Below, in pieces: positions 1 through 10,500 of a stretch of DNA of 64,000 bases. The DNA lies in the IMG/VR virus record IMGVR_UViG_3300022822_000008, one strand, 5' to 3'. Origin of the DNA: a virus (Duplodnaviria; Heunggongvirae; Uroviricota; Caudoviricetes). Below the pieces are notes generated by a model. It was not told where the DNA came from and ran no database searches. It was given only the letters and a program-made list of their open reading frames with translations. Position 1 is the first letter of the stretch. Every line of letters begins with the position of its first letter. Position numbers and translations under genes: made by a program.

Positions 1-1425
1 GATTCACAAAACAACCCAGTAACCTTGGCGACGAGTAAATATGGTGCCGATGTTTTTTACGACTCATTAAAAGCGTTCAATTTAACAATTAGCGAAAGAA
101 CAGTACCTGATATATATCCGTCAGTAAAGGCACGATTAAATTCTGGGAATATATCAGCTGCTGAATTTGCAGATTTCATGCAACAATACGGACAAAACCC
201 GACTGGAGTCGTAACCAAGACGAATAGAGATTATGCTCGTTCTTTATTTGACCTTGAAGATTATTATTCTAAGACTATACGCACAGGCGCCTTGGCAGCA
301 TTATGCACAAGATTCGAAAGTATATTTGGCGCGCTGGGCGGTTTCTTTGATTTTCTTTCAGAAATTGGAAATCTAATATTCGACGTTGTTGATAAGATCA
401 AGGCATTCAGAGAAGAATATAAAGATCTTACCATTGCTGCTACCGTACAAGCTCTCGCTGTTGAATTGAGAGATAGAATTGAAAAAGAAGTTAAAAGAAT
501 TGTTGACGCGGTTGTTTCCGTGCTAGAAAATTTGTTTAATAGCATTAATACTTTATTCGATAACACAAGCACTTTCGTAGATGAATTAACAATCCGTGGC
601 ATAATGAAAGAAAAAGATAATGCTTGCCTTATGTTTTCCGAAAAAAATAAATCATTAATAGCAAAAACGATTGTAGGTGCCTTTGATTATGCACTTAGTT
701 TATTCGAAAATCCAAGCATTGCGCAGATTGAATTTCTTGTTGTGAGAATATGTGCTTACTTAACAAATATCGAAGCATTGTTTAATGATGTTACTACTCC
801 TATGAAACAATTCGAATTTAAATACACAAGAATTGCAAACAGATTAAAGACGATATCAAACATAACCACATCTAGTGCACTACGCGCGGGTGCGATACGC
901 ATGCCACCAGAGCTGCGTAAAAAGAATATAAATAGCATTGAATCGTTATGGGAAGGTACTGGAGGTGAAGTGATAACTCCAACTGGAGGAACCCCGATTA
1001 ATCCCAAAAAGCCCGATGTGCAAGAATATTTAGCTTTGCCAAGTTGCAATTCAATAAAATCTGGATCGAATAAAAAAATAGCTGTTGATGGACCTTGGGT
1101 TGATGACGAATTATTAGGGATGAAAGGTTGGACTGGACTCGACCCAACATTGAGAGTATTTTTAATCCGTATGTGGGATATAGAGAGTTCTAATTTTGTT
1201 TCTGGGTCTCCAAAGATTACGGTAAAACTTGGTTGGGTTAGTGATGAATATAATAAGATAAACGGTGCGCCAGAAAATGCCCACCTAAGCGGGTTGTGCG
1301 TCGATGTTTCAACAGAAGGTTGGGATGTGGAAACATTAGAACAATCAGCATTAAAAGCAGGGTTTCGTTTTGTCAAATCATACGACGGATACCTTCATTT
1401 AGATTTAAGACCATTAAGAGCGTAA
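1..1425 (+). CDS. 5'-truncated baseplate-region protein with a long helical region and a C-terminal peptidase M15 (Hedgehog/DD-peptidase fold)-like domain
   Basis: The frame is open to the window edge (the ORF track start at 25 is a TTG). The C-terminal motifs AHLSGLCVD and YLHLDLR match the M15 SxHxxGxAxD and HxDxR zinc motifs. It lies directly upstream of gp25. Confidence 0.65.
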   Translation, partial: DSQNNPVTLATSKYGADVFYDSLKAFNLTISERTVPDIYPSVKARLNSGNISAAEFADFMQQYGQNPTGVVTKTNRDYARSLFDLEDYYSKTIRTGALAALCTRFESIFGALGGFFDFLSEIGNLIFDVVDKIKAFREEYKDLTIAATVQALAVELRDRIEKEVKRIVDAVVSVLENLFNSINTLFDNTSTFVDELTIRGIMKEKDNACLMFSEKNKSLIAKTIVGAFDYALSLFENPSIAQIEFLVVRICAYLTNIEALFNDVTTPMKQFEFKYTRIANRLKTISNITTSSALRAGAIRMPPELRKKNINSIESLWEGTGGEVITPTGGTPINPKKPDVQEYLALPSCNSIKSGSNKKIAVDGPWVDDELLGMKGWTGLDPTLRVFLIRMWDIESSNFVSGSPKITVKLGWVSDEYNKINGAPENAHLSGLCVDVSTEGWDVETLEQSALKAGFRFVKSYDGYLHLDLRPLRA

Positions 1426-1426
1426 T

Positions 1427-1843
1427 ATGACTATACCAGTTTTTACACCAAGAACTAAAAAACCAGAAATATATTCTGATATAAGGAAAGACTTACTTGT
1501 CAGTCCTGTGTCGGGTGATATTGCGGTGTTTAAAAATGAAGAATCAGTAAAGGAATCAATAAAGAACTTGATACTGACTGATCGTGGTGAAAGATTAATG
1601 CGACCAAACATCGGTAGCGGTGTTAGGGAAATGCTGTTTGAGAACATGACTCCAGCTGTTATAAGATTAATAGAAGATAAAGTAAGATCAACTATAGAAA
1701 TATACGAACCTCGTGCTGAGATACTTGCCATTAAGGTAAAGGCCGATTACGATGAAAGTTCAGTACAAATAACTATAAATTTTTATGTCTCGAATATAGA
1801 CAGACCTGTAACGCTTGACGTTATTTTAGAAAGGATAAGATAA
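1427..1843 (+). CDS. gp25: baseplate wedge subunit gp25
   Basis: Motifs SIKNLILTDRGERLMRPNIGS and YEPR, 138 aa, adjacent to gp6. Confidence 0.93.
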   Translation: MTIPVFTPRTKKPEIYSDIRKDLLVSPVSGDIAVFKNEESVKESIKNLILTDRGERLMRPNIGSGVREMLFENMTPAVIRLIEDKVRSTIEIYEPRAEILAIKVKADYDESSVQITINFYVSNIDRPVTLDVILERIR

Positions 1844-1844
1844 A

Positions 1845-3689
1845 ATGGCACAACCAACAACTCCAATTACAGAACTAGATTTTGAAGGCATCAAGGCACA
1901 ACTGAAAAGTTATATGCAAACACAATCACAGTTTAAAGATTATGACTTCGACGGTTCTAATATGAATACAATACTTGATGTATTGGCCTACAACAGTTTT
2001 CAAAATAACTTCTATACGAATATGGCTATAGGCGAAATGTTTTTGGATTCTGCTCGTCTTAAGAATTCACTTGCTTCACATGCGAAAGAATTGAATTATT
2101 TACCGCGTTCTCGTAAATCAGCAAAGGCCGTTGTCAAATTGACTATTAATACAGTAGCTGGTGATACAAATCAAACTATCGTAATACCTCAGTATTCCGA
2201 ATTTACAACTTCATTTTCAGGTACAAGTTTTAACTTCGTTACTAATGAAACTTATGTAGCACGAAAAATTGCGAATGGTGTCTACACTACAGACAACATA
2301 ACAATTTATGAAGGCACGATGTTAGATACGTTTGAAAGAGAAGGTTTTATTGTCGATGAAGATGGTGTTTTGAGAGTAGCATTATCAAATGAGACCGTAG
2401 ATACGGATTCTCTTGTGGTGTATGTTGATGCCGAAGAAACAGAAGATCAAAATATCTACACCTACACAAGTACTATATTCGGTATAAGTCCTAAAGATAA
2501 AGTGTTTTATGTCGAACCATATTTTGATGATCGTTACTCAATCTATTTCGGTCGTAATGTTTTTGGCCTTCAACCTCAAGAGTTTGAAGACGTTCGCGTA
2601 AAATACAGAATAACAAGTGGCGAAGAAGCAAATGGCGCGACTGGTTTCAATGCAAGCTTCCTCGATGGTGCTAGTATAAATGTCGAAACAATTACAAGAG
2701 CGATTGGTGGTGCTGAAAGGGAATCAATTGAAAGTATTCGTTTCTTCGCTCCGAAATCTACACAAATACAAGAACGTGCAATTACGACAAGCGATTATGA
2801 AATTTTACTTAAACAAAACTTTCCAGAAATATCAGCAGTTTCTGCTTATGGAGGCGACGAACTGCAACCTCCACAATTTGGTAAAGTTGCAATTTCTGTC
2901 TACTTAAAAGACGATGCACAACTTGTTGCTACAACATTAGCAAACTCATACTTGCGATATTTAGATTCACGTGGTCCTCTAGGTATCGAACCTATATTTA
3001 TTTCAACAAAGTTTTTATATGCAGATCTAGATGTAAAGGTTTCCACTACCTCTAAACTCGCAACAAAATCAATAGATGAAATTGAAACTTTGGTTCGTAA
3101 TGCTATACAGAGTTATTCTGATAATTCATTAGAAGATTTTAATCGGACTTTACGACTGTCAAAACTTTCAAGAGATATTGACAATGTAGATACTGCAATT
3201 CAAAGTTCTTTTGTTACAGCAAAACCTATTATTGAGTTTTCTCCTGTAGTGAAAATTGCAACAAATCCTACGTTTAAATTCTCCACAGAGTTAATTAAAC
3301 CATATGCTTATAAAGATACGAATGGATTTGTAAACTTCAAACCTGCAATAAAAAGTAGTTTGTTTGATGTCGGGAACACCTGTATGTTCCTTCAGGATGA
3401 CGGTGCCGGAAATATACAATTGATTACTGATGATCTTACTAATCCAACTGTTATAAATCCAACTGCAGGAACGGTTGATTATACAAACGGCGAAGTTAAT
3501 TTGGTTAATTTCATTGCTGATTCATTTGTGGGTTCTGCAATAAAAATAGTTGCAACAACTGCAGTAAATGATATTAAAGCTCCGAAAGGAAGAGTATTCA
3601 TTATACGAGATGATGATGTAAAAGTTAAAGTAACGGTTGAAGAAGGATCTATTGTGGGTTCAACTTCGTCAACTAACAATTTTCAATAA
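1845..3689 (+). CDS. gp6: baseplate wedge subunit gp6
   Basis: Motifs ELDFEGIK, FKDYDFDGS, LDVLAYN, EMFLDSA, QERAITTSDY and PPQFGKV; T4-like size. Confidence 0.95.
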   Translation: MAQPTTPITELDFEGIKAQLKSYMQTQSQFKDYDFDGSNMNTILDVLAYNSFQNNFYTNMAIGEMFLDSARLKNSLASHAKELNYLPRSRKSAKAVVKLTINTVAGDTNQTIVIPQYSEFTTSFSGTSFNFVTNETYVARKIANGVYTTDNITIYEGTMLDTFEREGFIVDEDGVLRVALSNETVDTDSLVVYVDAEETEDQNIYTYTSTIFGISPKDKVFYVEPYFDDRYSIYFGRNVFGLQPQEFEDVRVKYRITSGEEANGATGFNASFLDGASINVETITRAIGGAERESIESIRFFAPKSTQIQERAITTSDYEILLKQNFPEISAVSAYGGDELQPPQFGKVAISVYLKDDAQLVATTLANSYLRYLDSRGPLGIEPIFISTKFLYADLDVKVSTTSKLATKSIDEIETLVRNAIQSYSDNSLEDFNRTLRLSKLSRDIDNVDTAIQSSFVTAKPIIEFSPVVKIATNPTFKFSTELIKPYAYKDTNGFVNFKPAIKSSLFDVGNTCMFLQDDGAGNIQLITDDLTNPTVINPTAGTVDYTNGEVNLVNFIADSFVGSAIKIVATTAVNDIKAPKGRVFIIRDDDVKVKVTVEEGSIVGSTSSTNNFQ

Positions 3690-3698
3690 GGTATTCTA

Positions 3699-5879
3699 AT
3701 GCAACAAATAGAAAAGAATATTGCGTTTCTGATTAGTCAACAGTTTCCGGCTATATTTCGAGAAAGCGGCCCAGAATTAGTAGCACTCATACAAGAGTAT
3801 TATGTATTTGTAGAAACGCAAGAGAATCAAAGTCATTATGTTGCGCGTAGACTATTTGAATATAGAGATATATCGACAACACTTGAAAGTATGCTTATAT
3901 TTTTTCAAAAGAAATATATGGCAGATTTGCCTTTCAAGCAAGAAAATATAAGAATTGCCGTAAAAAATATAGTTGACCTTTACAGACGCAAAGGAACCAA
4001 AGCTGGTATTCAAATGTTCTTCAGTGCTTTTTATCAAGAAGAAGTTGAAATATATTACCCGTCAAAACAGATGTTTAAACCATCAAACTCACAATGGAGA
4101 ACTGGTACTTATTTACAAATGTTTCCTAATGACAGGTCGTTTAGTTCCTTGTCTGGTATAAAATATACTTATAACGATCTTATAGGACGCAACATTACAG
4201 GTTCTGCATCAAAAGCTAAAGCTGCTGTAAACAAAGTAAATTTCATCCAATTAAATGGTATCAGTACTGCCATTATTTATCTTGACAGCGTTCAAGGTAC
4301 TTTCACCAAATATGATGATGTTGAATCTAACATTAAAGGTGAAGTGGTATTATTCGGTAGAATGAATGGTTCCTTAAGTGAAATCGAAATAGACGAAACC
4401 TTGGGAAGCACTACAGGAAATAACATAGGAGACACTTATGATGTAGTCTCTCAATACGGAATAAACGGCACTGCTATAATAACTGATGTATCAGAAGAGT
4501 TTACGGGTGAAGTTTTATATACAGTTGCAGATGGCGGTTATGGTTACAGTGTTGAAAATACTAGGTTACTTGTATCAGACCAAGTTATCATATTGAACAA
4601 CCCAGATCTTGTCGTGAAGATAGGCGAAAGAATTGGAAATACAAGTGGTGATGCCGTTGTTATAGGTCAAAATACTTCTTCGATTGGAGTAAGAACTCAA
4701 GGCGGTACTGCATTCAGCACAGCAAACTTAAACGATGTAATAAATACACTCGAAAGGGGCTCAAGCAATATAGCACTACCTGCGACGATTAGCATTACTT
4801 CTTCTAACAATTCGTCTCCAGGTTTATTGTCTCCAGACACAGGAAATCAATCCGATGTCAGGATTAATGAGCTAGAAAATACCTCAGTGATATCCGTAAT
4901 AACAGACGTCATAGGAGATTTTGCTTCAGTCACATTAAATTCAGCAGATTATGGCATGTCTGGCGCAGGCGCTGAAGATGTAAACACGACTATAGGTGAT
5001 GCATTTAATTTGACAGTCGTTACAATAGGAAGCATAAAATCATTTGCAAACTTAAATCCAGGTTCTGACTACATAAATGATGTATTTGTAATAGCGGAAG
5101 ATGATTTAATAAACACTTTTGATTTGAAGGATCAAACAATAACCGTTCTTGCTATACCTGCTCAGTTGAGCGTTGGTGATATAATCGAAGAAATATCTTC
5201 AAACATAAAGGGAATTGTAAGATCAATAGATGCGGTTAGTTTCGAAATAACGGTAACTGCGTATGATTATAACGGTTTCAGTGATATAAGTGTAGATAAT
5301 AATGATATAGTAATTAACCGTATAACAGGTTCTGGCGGTCCGTTAATTGTAACTGGAATAAGAGTTGATTTTAATTCTAAAGTGTTTGGTGAAAATGCAA
5401 CCATAAAAGCGAGAACCCAATTTGCAATAGGAAAAATAACCGCGGCAGCTGTAGTTAATTCTGGATTTGGTTACACATCAGGAGATACAATATCTCTTGT
5501 TGAAGATGGTGAGGTACAAGCTGAAGGTTTTGCTGTAGCTTCGATACAAGGAAAGACCGCCGGTTTTTGGGGTTCCTTATCTTCACACATTAATGGATTC
5601 ATTGCAGATCCTACAGATCCGACAGATTCAAATAAACAAATATACTACGACAGTAATATGAGAATACAAGATAGCGATTTCTTTCAAGAATACTCATATC
5701 AAATAAAATCGATGTTGGGAACTGCTCAATATGAAGAACTGTTGAAACAGAATGTTCACTTAGCAGGAACAAAGTTATTTGGTGAATTTTCATTCAAAGC
5801 AAAAGCAAATGGAAACACAAAACAAAGATTCGCTCGAGTATTTAATGACGATGGCATCAGTCAATCGCCACTTGAATAA
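3699..5879 (+). CDS. gp7: baseplate wedge initiator gp7-like
   Basis: Located between gp6 and gp8. N-terminal DLYRRKGT and C-terminal RIQDSDFFQEYSYQIKS...VHLAGTKLFG motifs are typical of gp7-like proteins. Confidence 0.75.
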   Translation: MQQIEKNIAFLISQQFPAIFRESGPELVALIQEYYVFVETQENQSHYVARRLFEYRDISTTLESMLIFFQKKYMADLPFKQENIRIAVKNIVDLYRRKGTKAGIQMFFSAFYQEEVEIYYPSKQMFKPSNSQWRTGTYLQMFPNDRSFSSLSGIKYTYNDLIGRNITGSASKAKAAVNKVNFIQLNGISTAIIYLDSVQGTFTKYDDVESNIKGEVVLFGRMNGSLSEIEIDETLGSTTGNNIGDTYDVVSQYGINGTAIITDVSEEFTGEVLYTVADGGYGYSVENTRLLVSDQVIILNNPDLVVKIGERIGNTSGDAVVIGQNTSSIGVRTQGGTAFSTANLNDVINTLERGSSNIALPATISITSSNNSSPGLLSPDTGNQSDVRINELENTSVISVITDVIGDFASVTLNSADYGMSGAGAEDVNTTIGDAFNLTVVTIGSIKSFANLNPGSDYINDVFVIAEDDLINTFDLKDQTITVLAIPAQLSVGDIIEEISSNIKGIVRSIDAVSFEITVTAYDYNGFSDISVDNNDIVINRITGSGGPLIVTGIRVDFNSKVFGENATIKARTQFAIGKITAAAVVNSGFGYTSGDTISLVEDGEVQAEGFAVASIQGKTAGFWGSLSSHINGFIADPTDPTDSNKQIYYDSNMRIQDSDFFQEYSYQIKSMLGTAQYEELLKQNVHLAGTKLFGEFSFKAKANGNTKQRFARVFNDDGISQSPLE

Positions 5880-5919
5880 ATAAACAAATAAAGAAATAAT
5901 AGATTGGACAAATGAAATC

Positions 5920-7557
5920 ATGCCAGAAATATTGACCACAAATTTTAAAACAGACACGACCAGATTATTCGTCAATGATATACTAGCAAGCGATTATTAT
6001 ATATTCGCTTCTGGTATAGAACGCTTGGTGTCTGCAAACTCAGTTAAATCCAAGAATGAGTTCCTTGGTAAATGTCTGTTCGGTAAAGAAGTTGATAAGT
6101 CAACTGATGTTAAATTTATGATAAAATATTATCCTTGGCAGAGTGGTACCGCCTATGTTCAATATGACGATGCAGCAGATCTGGAAGACAAGAAGTATTA
6201 TGCAGTCGTTGGTCCTAATGAAAATACGACAAGTGATTATAGAGTATATAAATGTTTAAATAATAACGGTGATAGTGTTGTTAGCAGTGCACCGAACTAT
6301 ATTTTCGGAACCCCAAATCAGACTTACGAGACCGCTGATGGGTATGTCTGGAAATATATGTATGCTTTATCTCAATTACAATTTGATGCTTATAATGCGC
6401 TCGGTTATATACCTGTAATTCCAGTCAGTGGTCTAACAAGTGATCTCACAAGTGATTTCGTTACACAAAAAGGGTCGCAGGTATCAGAGATAATTGTAGA
6501 AAACTCAGAAACTAATTTTGGTTATGAATCTGAAGATGGGGCTTTACAGGGTAATCCTTTCCCTGCAGGCGGATCACCCAATACGGTCGATGCAATAAGC
6601 ACCGCAGGTTCTTGGAATCCTATATTAAATTATTACTCTGGACAGTCTATATATTTTACCAATCCTAGTGGAGTTTCATTTTTACATACAATATCTTCAT
6701 ATGAATTTTTCACAAGTGGTAACTTTGCTAGAATAAGTGTAGAAGGGAATTTAACAGGAGTTGAATCAAATGCAATAGTAAAAATATTACCACGCGTTCA
6801 AATTCTTGGTGATGGTATTGGCGCACAGGCGATAGCAAATGTTAACGACGGAAAGATAACGTCGATTACTATAATTAATGGCGGATTTATTGCAGATACA
6901 GGTATAACCGCAGGTGATGGTTACAGTGATATATCTGTGAGTATTGTCGATCCGTCTTTTGATTTTAATCCTGAAGACCCCAATTCCATAGATTCTAGAG
7001 CTGTTGTTAGAGGTGTGTTATCACCCAAAGGCGGGCATGGTAGTAGTTTACTTGATGAATTAAAATGCAAACATTTTCTGGTGTATGCTTACATAAGATT
7101 AGTTGATAATAATGCAATCGGAGCTACTAATGATTATTCATCTCTAGGTTTGGTAAAGAATCCGTCTTTCGATTCTAGTACCCCAGCTGTTTTTGATAAT
7201 CGAATTGCTGTTAATACTGATGATATATCCGCAGTAGTTGTTAATACCATTGTAAATCAATTTGATATAAATAATAACATAACCTTTGCTGGTAAAATAC
7301 ATGAAGTTGATATAAATAGCAACACATTTTACATTGCAGAATATAATGGTCCATATCCTAAAGTTTCAGGTACTGATATTTCACTAGATGAAAATGAATC
7401 ACTTAGAAATGAGACAGGTCAAATAATTGGTATAAATAGTATCATAACATCACCGTACATACAAAGAACTGGCGAAGTGTATTTCTTAGAAGATTTTATA
7501 CCACTCCCGCGTACTGATCAATCAAGAGAAGAGTTCAAGTTTGTTCTTGAATTTTAA
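5920..7557 (+). CDS. gp8: baseplate wedge subunit gp8
   Basis: Motifs YRVYKCLNN, TADGYVWKYMY, SPKGGHG and the C-terminal REEFKFVLEF. Confidence 0.88.
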   Translation: MPEILTTNFKTDTTRLFVNDILASDYYIFASGIERLVSANSVKSKNEFLGKCLFGKEVDKSTDVKFMIKYYPWQSGTAYVQYDDAADLEDKKYYAVVGPNENTTSDYRVYKCLNNNGDSVVSSAPNYIFGTPNQTYETADGYVWKYMYALSQLQFDAYNALGYIPVIPVSGLTSDLTSDFVTQKGSQVSEIIVENSETNFGYESEDGALQGNPFPAGGSPNTVDAISTAGSWNPILNYYSGQSIYFTNPSGVSFLHTISSYEFFTSGNFARISVEGNLTGVESNAIVKILPRVQILGDGIGAQAIANVNDGKITSITIINGGFIADTGITAGDGYSDISVSIVDPSFDFNPEDPNSIDSRAVVRGVLSPKGGHGSSLLDELKCKHFLVYAYIRLVDNNAIGATNDYSSLGLVKNPSFDSSTPAVFDNRIAVNTDDISAVVVNTIVNQFDINNNITFAGKIHEVDINSNTFYIAEYNGPYPKVSGTDISLDENESLRNETGQIIGINSIITSPYIQRTGEVYFLEDFIPLPRTDQSREEFKFVLEF

Positions 7558-7572
7558 GGAAGAGAATTAAAA

Positions 7573-10500
7573 ATGCCTATTAATACAGATCTTAACACAG
7601 CACCATATTTCGACGACTATGACGTTGAAAAGCAATATTACAAGATATTGTTCAAGCCTGGATTCGCTGTGCAAGCAAGAGAAATGACACAGCTACAAAC
7701 GATGCTACAAAATCAAGTCGAGCAATTTGGCGATAATATCTTTAAAGAAGGTAGTATAGTTAAAGGTTGCAACTTTTCTACTCTTGATGGGCTTTCGTTT
7801 GTTAAAGTTGGTGACTTGCTTGGTTTTGATCCAACTTCATATATAAGTCGTAGAGTTACGGAAGAATTCCCAGTGGATTCAGGTATCTTTATTGAAGTGG
7901 ACTATTTGTATGAATTGGAAGGTGATGCAAGTAAAATTAAGGCAAATATCATATCTGCTACCAGAGGTTTTGAAACAAGACCACCTGATCTCAATACGTT
8001 CTTCGTGCATTATATCAACAGTGCTGGTAATTCAGATAAAGTTTTCGCGCCAGGTGAGCAGTTAAATGTCAATCTTTATAAGTTTAAAGTTGGTGATGAA
8101 GCTATAGCAATTTCTCAAGAATTGAACATTGCTCAAATAAATGTGACTACAATTACATCCACACCTGAGCCTCACACAGGTCCTGCATATGGCATTCAAT
8201 CTGCACCTGGTGTTATATTCCAAAAAGGTCATTTTCTCTTTGCTGATGAACAGACTCTTATTGTATCAAAATACACAAACATTCCGAATGATTTATCAGT
8301 TGGTTATAGTGTAAAAGAAACTCTCAAGACATCTTTACAAGACAATAGCTTGTATGATAATGCAAACTCAGCACCAAATCAAAACGCACCTGGTGCAGAT
8401 CGTCTAGAATTAATTCCTATATTAACAGTATTCGAAACTCCGGTTGGTGATGTTGATCCTACATTCTTCGCGCTTATCAGATATCAAAACGGAAACGAAG
8501 TTACCTTACGTGATGTATCACAGTACAATGTTCTTGGCGAAGAAATGGCAAGACGTACTTATGAAGAATCGGGTAATTATATATTAAAAGACTTCAAAGT
8601 AAAAACAGATCGTAGAGATGGTGACGTCCAAGTTCTTGTCGGTACTGGCGCGGCATATGTTAAAGGTTACCGAGTTGAAAATAGTGCCGAACGCGCTTTC
8701 GTAATAGATCAAATCGACCCAACAACAGGTACTGACATACAATCTAGCCAACCAACTACATTTAATTACGGACAATACGTAGATGTAATTAACTTCCAAG
8801 GTATATTAGGATTAAATTCAGAAAGGTTAGACATATTAGCCCCAGACGGTTCAAGCGTTTTAGGAACTTGTTTTGCATCTAATTTAACAGGCGCCGTAGG
8901 AACAGGTATCGGCAAACTATACTTATATGGCGTCAGAATGACAGGTACGAACAGATTCTCTAGTGCTTGGTATATCGACTCGCCAGCAAACGTAGGTAAC
9001 GGCAGAATACAAATTGGTGATGCAAATGTAAATCCAGTATTAAGACAGACAAATAAAGGTCCCCTTGTTTTTGACACAGGAATGTTTAGCCTTAAAGAGA
9101 TTACAGGTACAGTATTGCCTGTAAGAACAGTATCGCAAGCAACTCCAGCTAATGATAACGGAACAGATGTTATTACTATTGCTGATGGAAATGATGAAGA
9201 CTTTGCTCTTGACAATTCTGATATTGTCGTAATTGATGCAACAAGCACTTTCATGGCAGTTTCATCAGTAACAGTTAATTCAGGAACTGGTGATTTAGAA
9301 ATCTCATTAGCGGGTTCTCCAGGCGCTTCCGCAAATCCTGTTACCGTTTATTATAACAAAAACATATTAGGTTCATCTGGTGCTGGTCAAGAACCTTACA
9401 TTAAAGAATCAAGAGATACGTTTGTTAAATTCAGCTACGCTACATCAGAAACTAAATATTCTTTAGGATTTCCTGATGTTTATGAAATAATTAGCATTCT
9501 TGATGTTGACGATAACGAATATTCTAGCAGTTTCAGATTGGTATCAAACCAAAAAGATTTCTACTATGATAGATCTTATGTTGAACATATTCAAGGTCGT
9601 CCTATCCCTCCAGTTGGTGAGTTAAGAGTTGCGTTGAAAGTATACCAACCAAATCCTTCAACAGGGGGTTATTTCTTTAACATTACAAGTTACGATAATG
9701 CTTTGCCAGAAAGTAGCATACCTGTATACACCGCAACAAACGGTGAACAATACAACTTGAGAGAATGTTTCGATTTCAGACCTTATGTAGATAAAGACTC
9801 AGCTGCATCTTATACAGCTGTTGATATAGCTTCAGCACCCAACATATCACAAAGTTTAGGTGTTAATGTAAGTCCCACATTTGCTGATTTAGGCGTAGCG
9901 CTTACTCCTTCTGTTAATCAATCTGCAAGATCTGATTTGGAATACTATCGTACAAGAGTTGATTTAATCATAGCTAATTCATATGGCGAAATTAATTTAA
10001 TCAAAGGTACTGAAGCACAATTTGCGTTGCCGCCTAAAATCGATTCTGACAGCATTGTAATTTCTGAAGTGAAAGTACCTGGCTATCCTGCGTTGTCAAG
10101 TCAAGAAGCTAGTGATCAACAGCGCAGAGAATATGCTGTAAAGGCTCGTCCTGTAGGAACAAAAAATTATACAATGAAAGACATAGGAAGCCTTGAATCA
10201 AAAATTGAGAGATTAGAATATTATGTTTCATTGAGTCAACTGGAATCTGAAACTGCAAACTTAACTGTGCTAGATCAAGATGGACTATCTCGATTCAAAA
10301 ATGGATTCTTAGCAGATCCGTTCAACGATTTGACGCTTGCTAATATTCGCGATCCGCAATTTAATTCTGCTGTTTCATCTAGTAGTAAAAAGTTAACACC
10401 ATCAATAAAAACCTTTCCTATTGATTTAATATATAAAGCGGGTTCAGGCATTTCTGTATTTCCTGCCGCAGACATAAAAGGTAATGTTGCTACTCTATTA

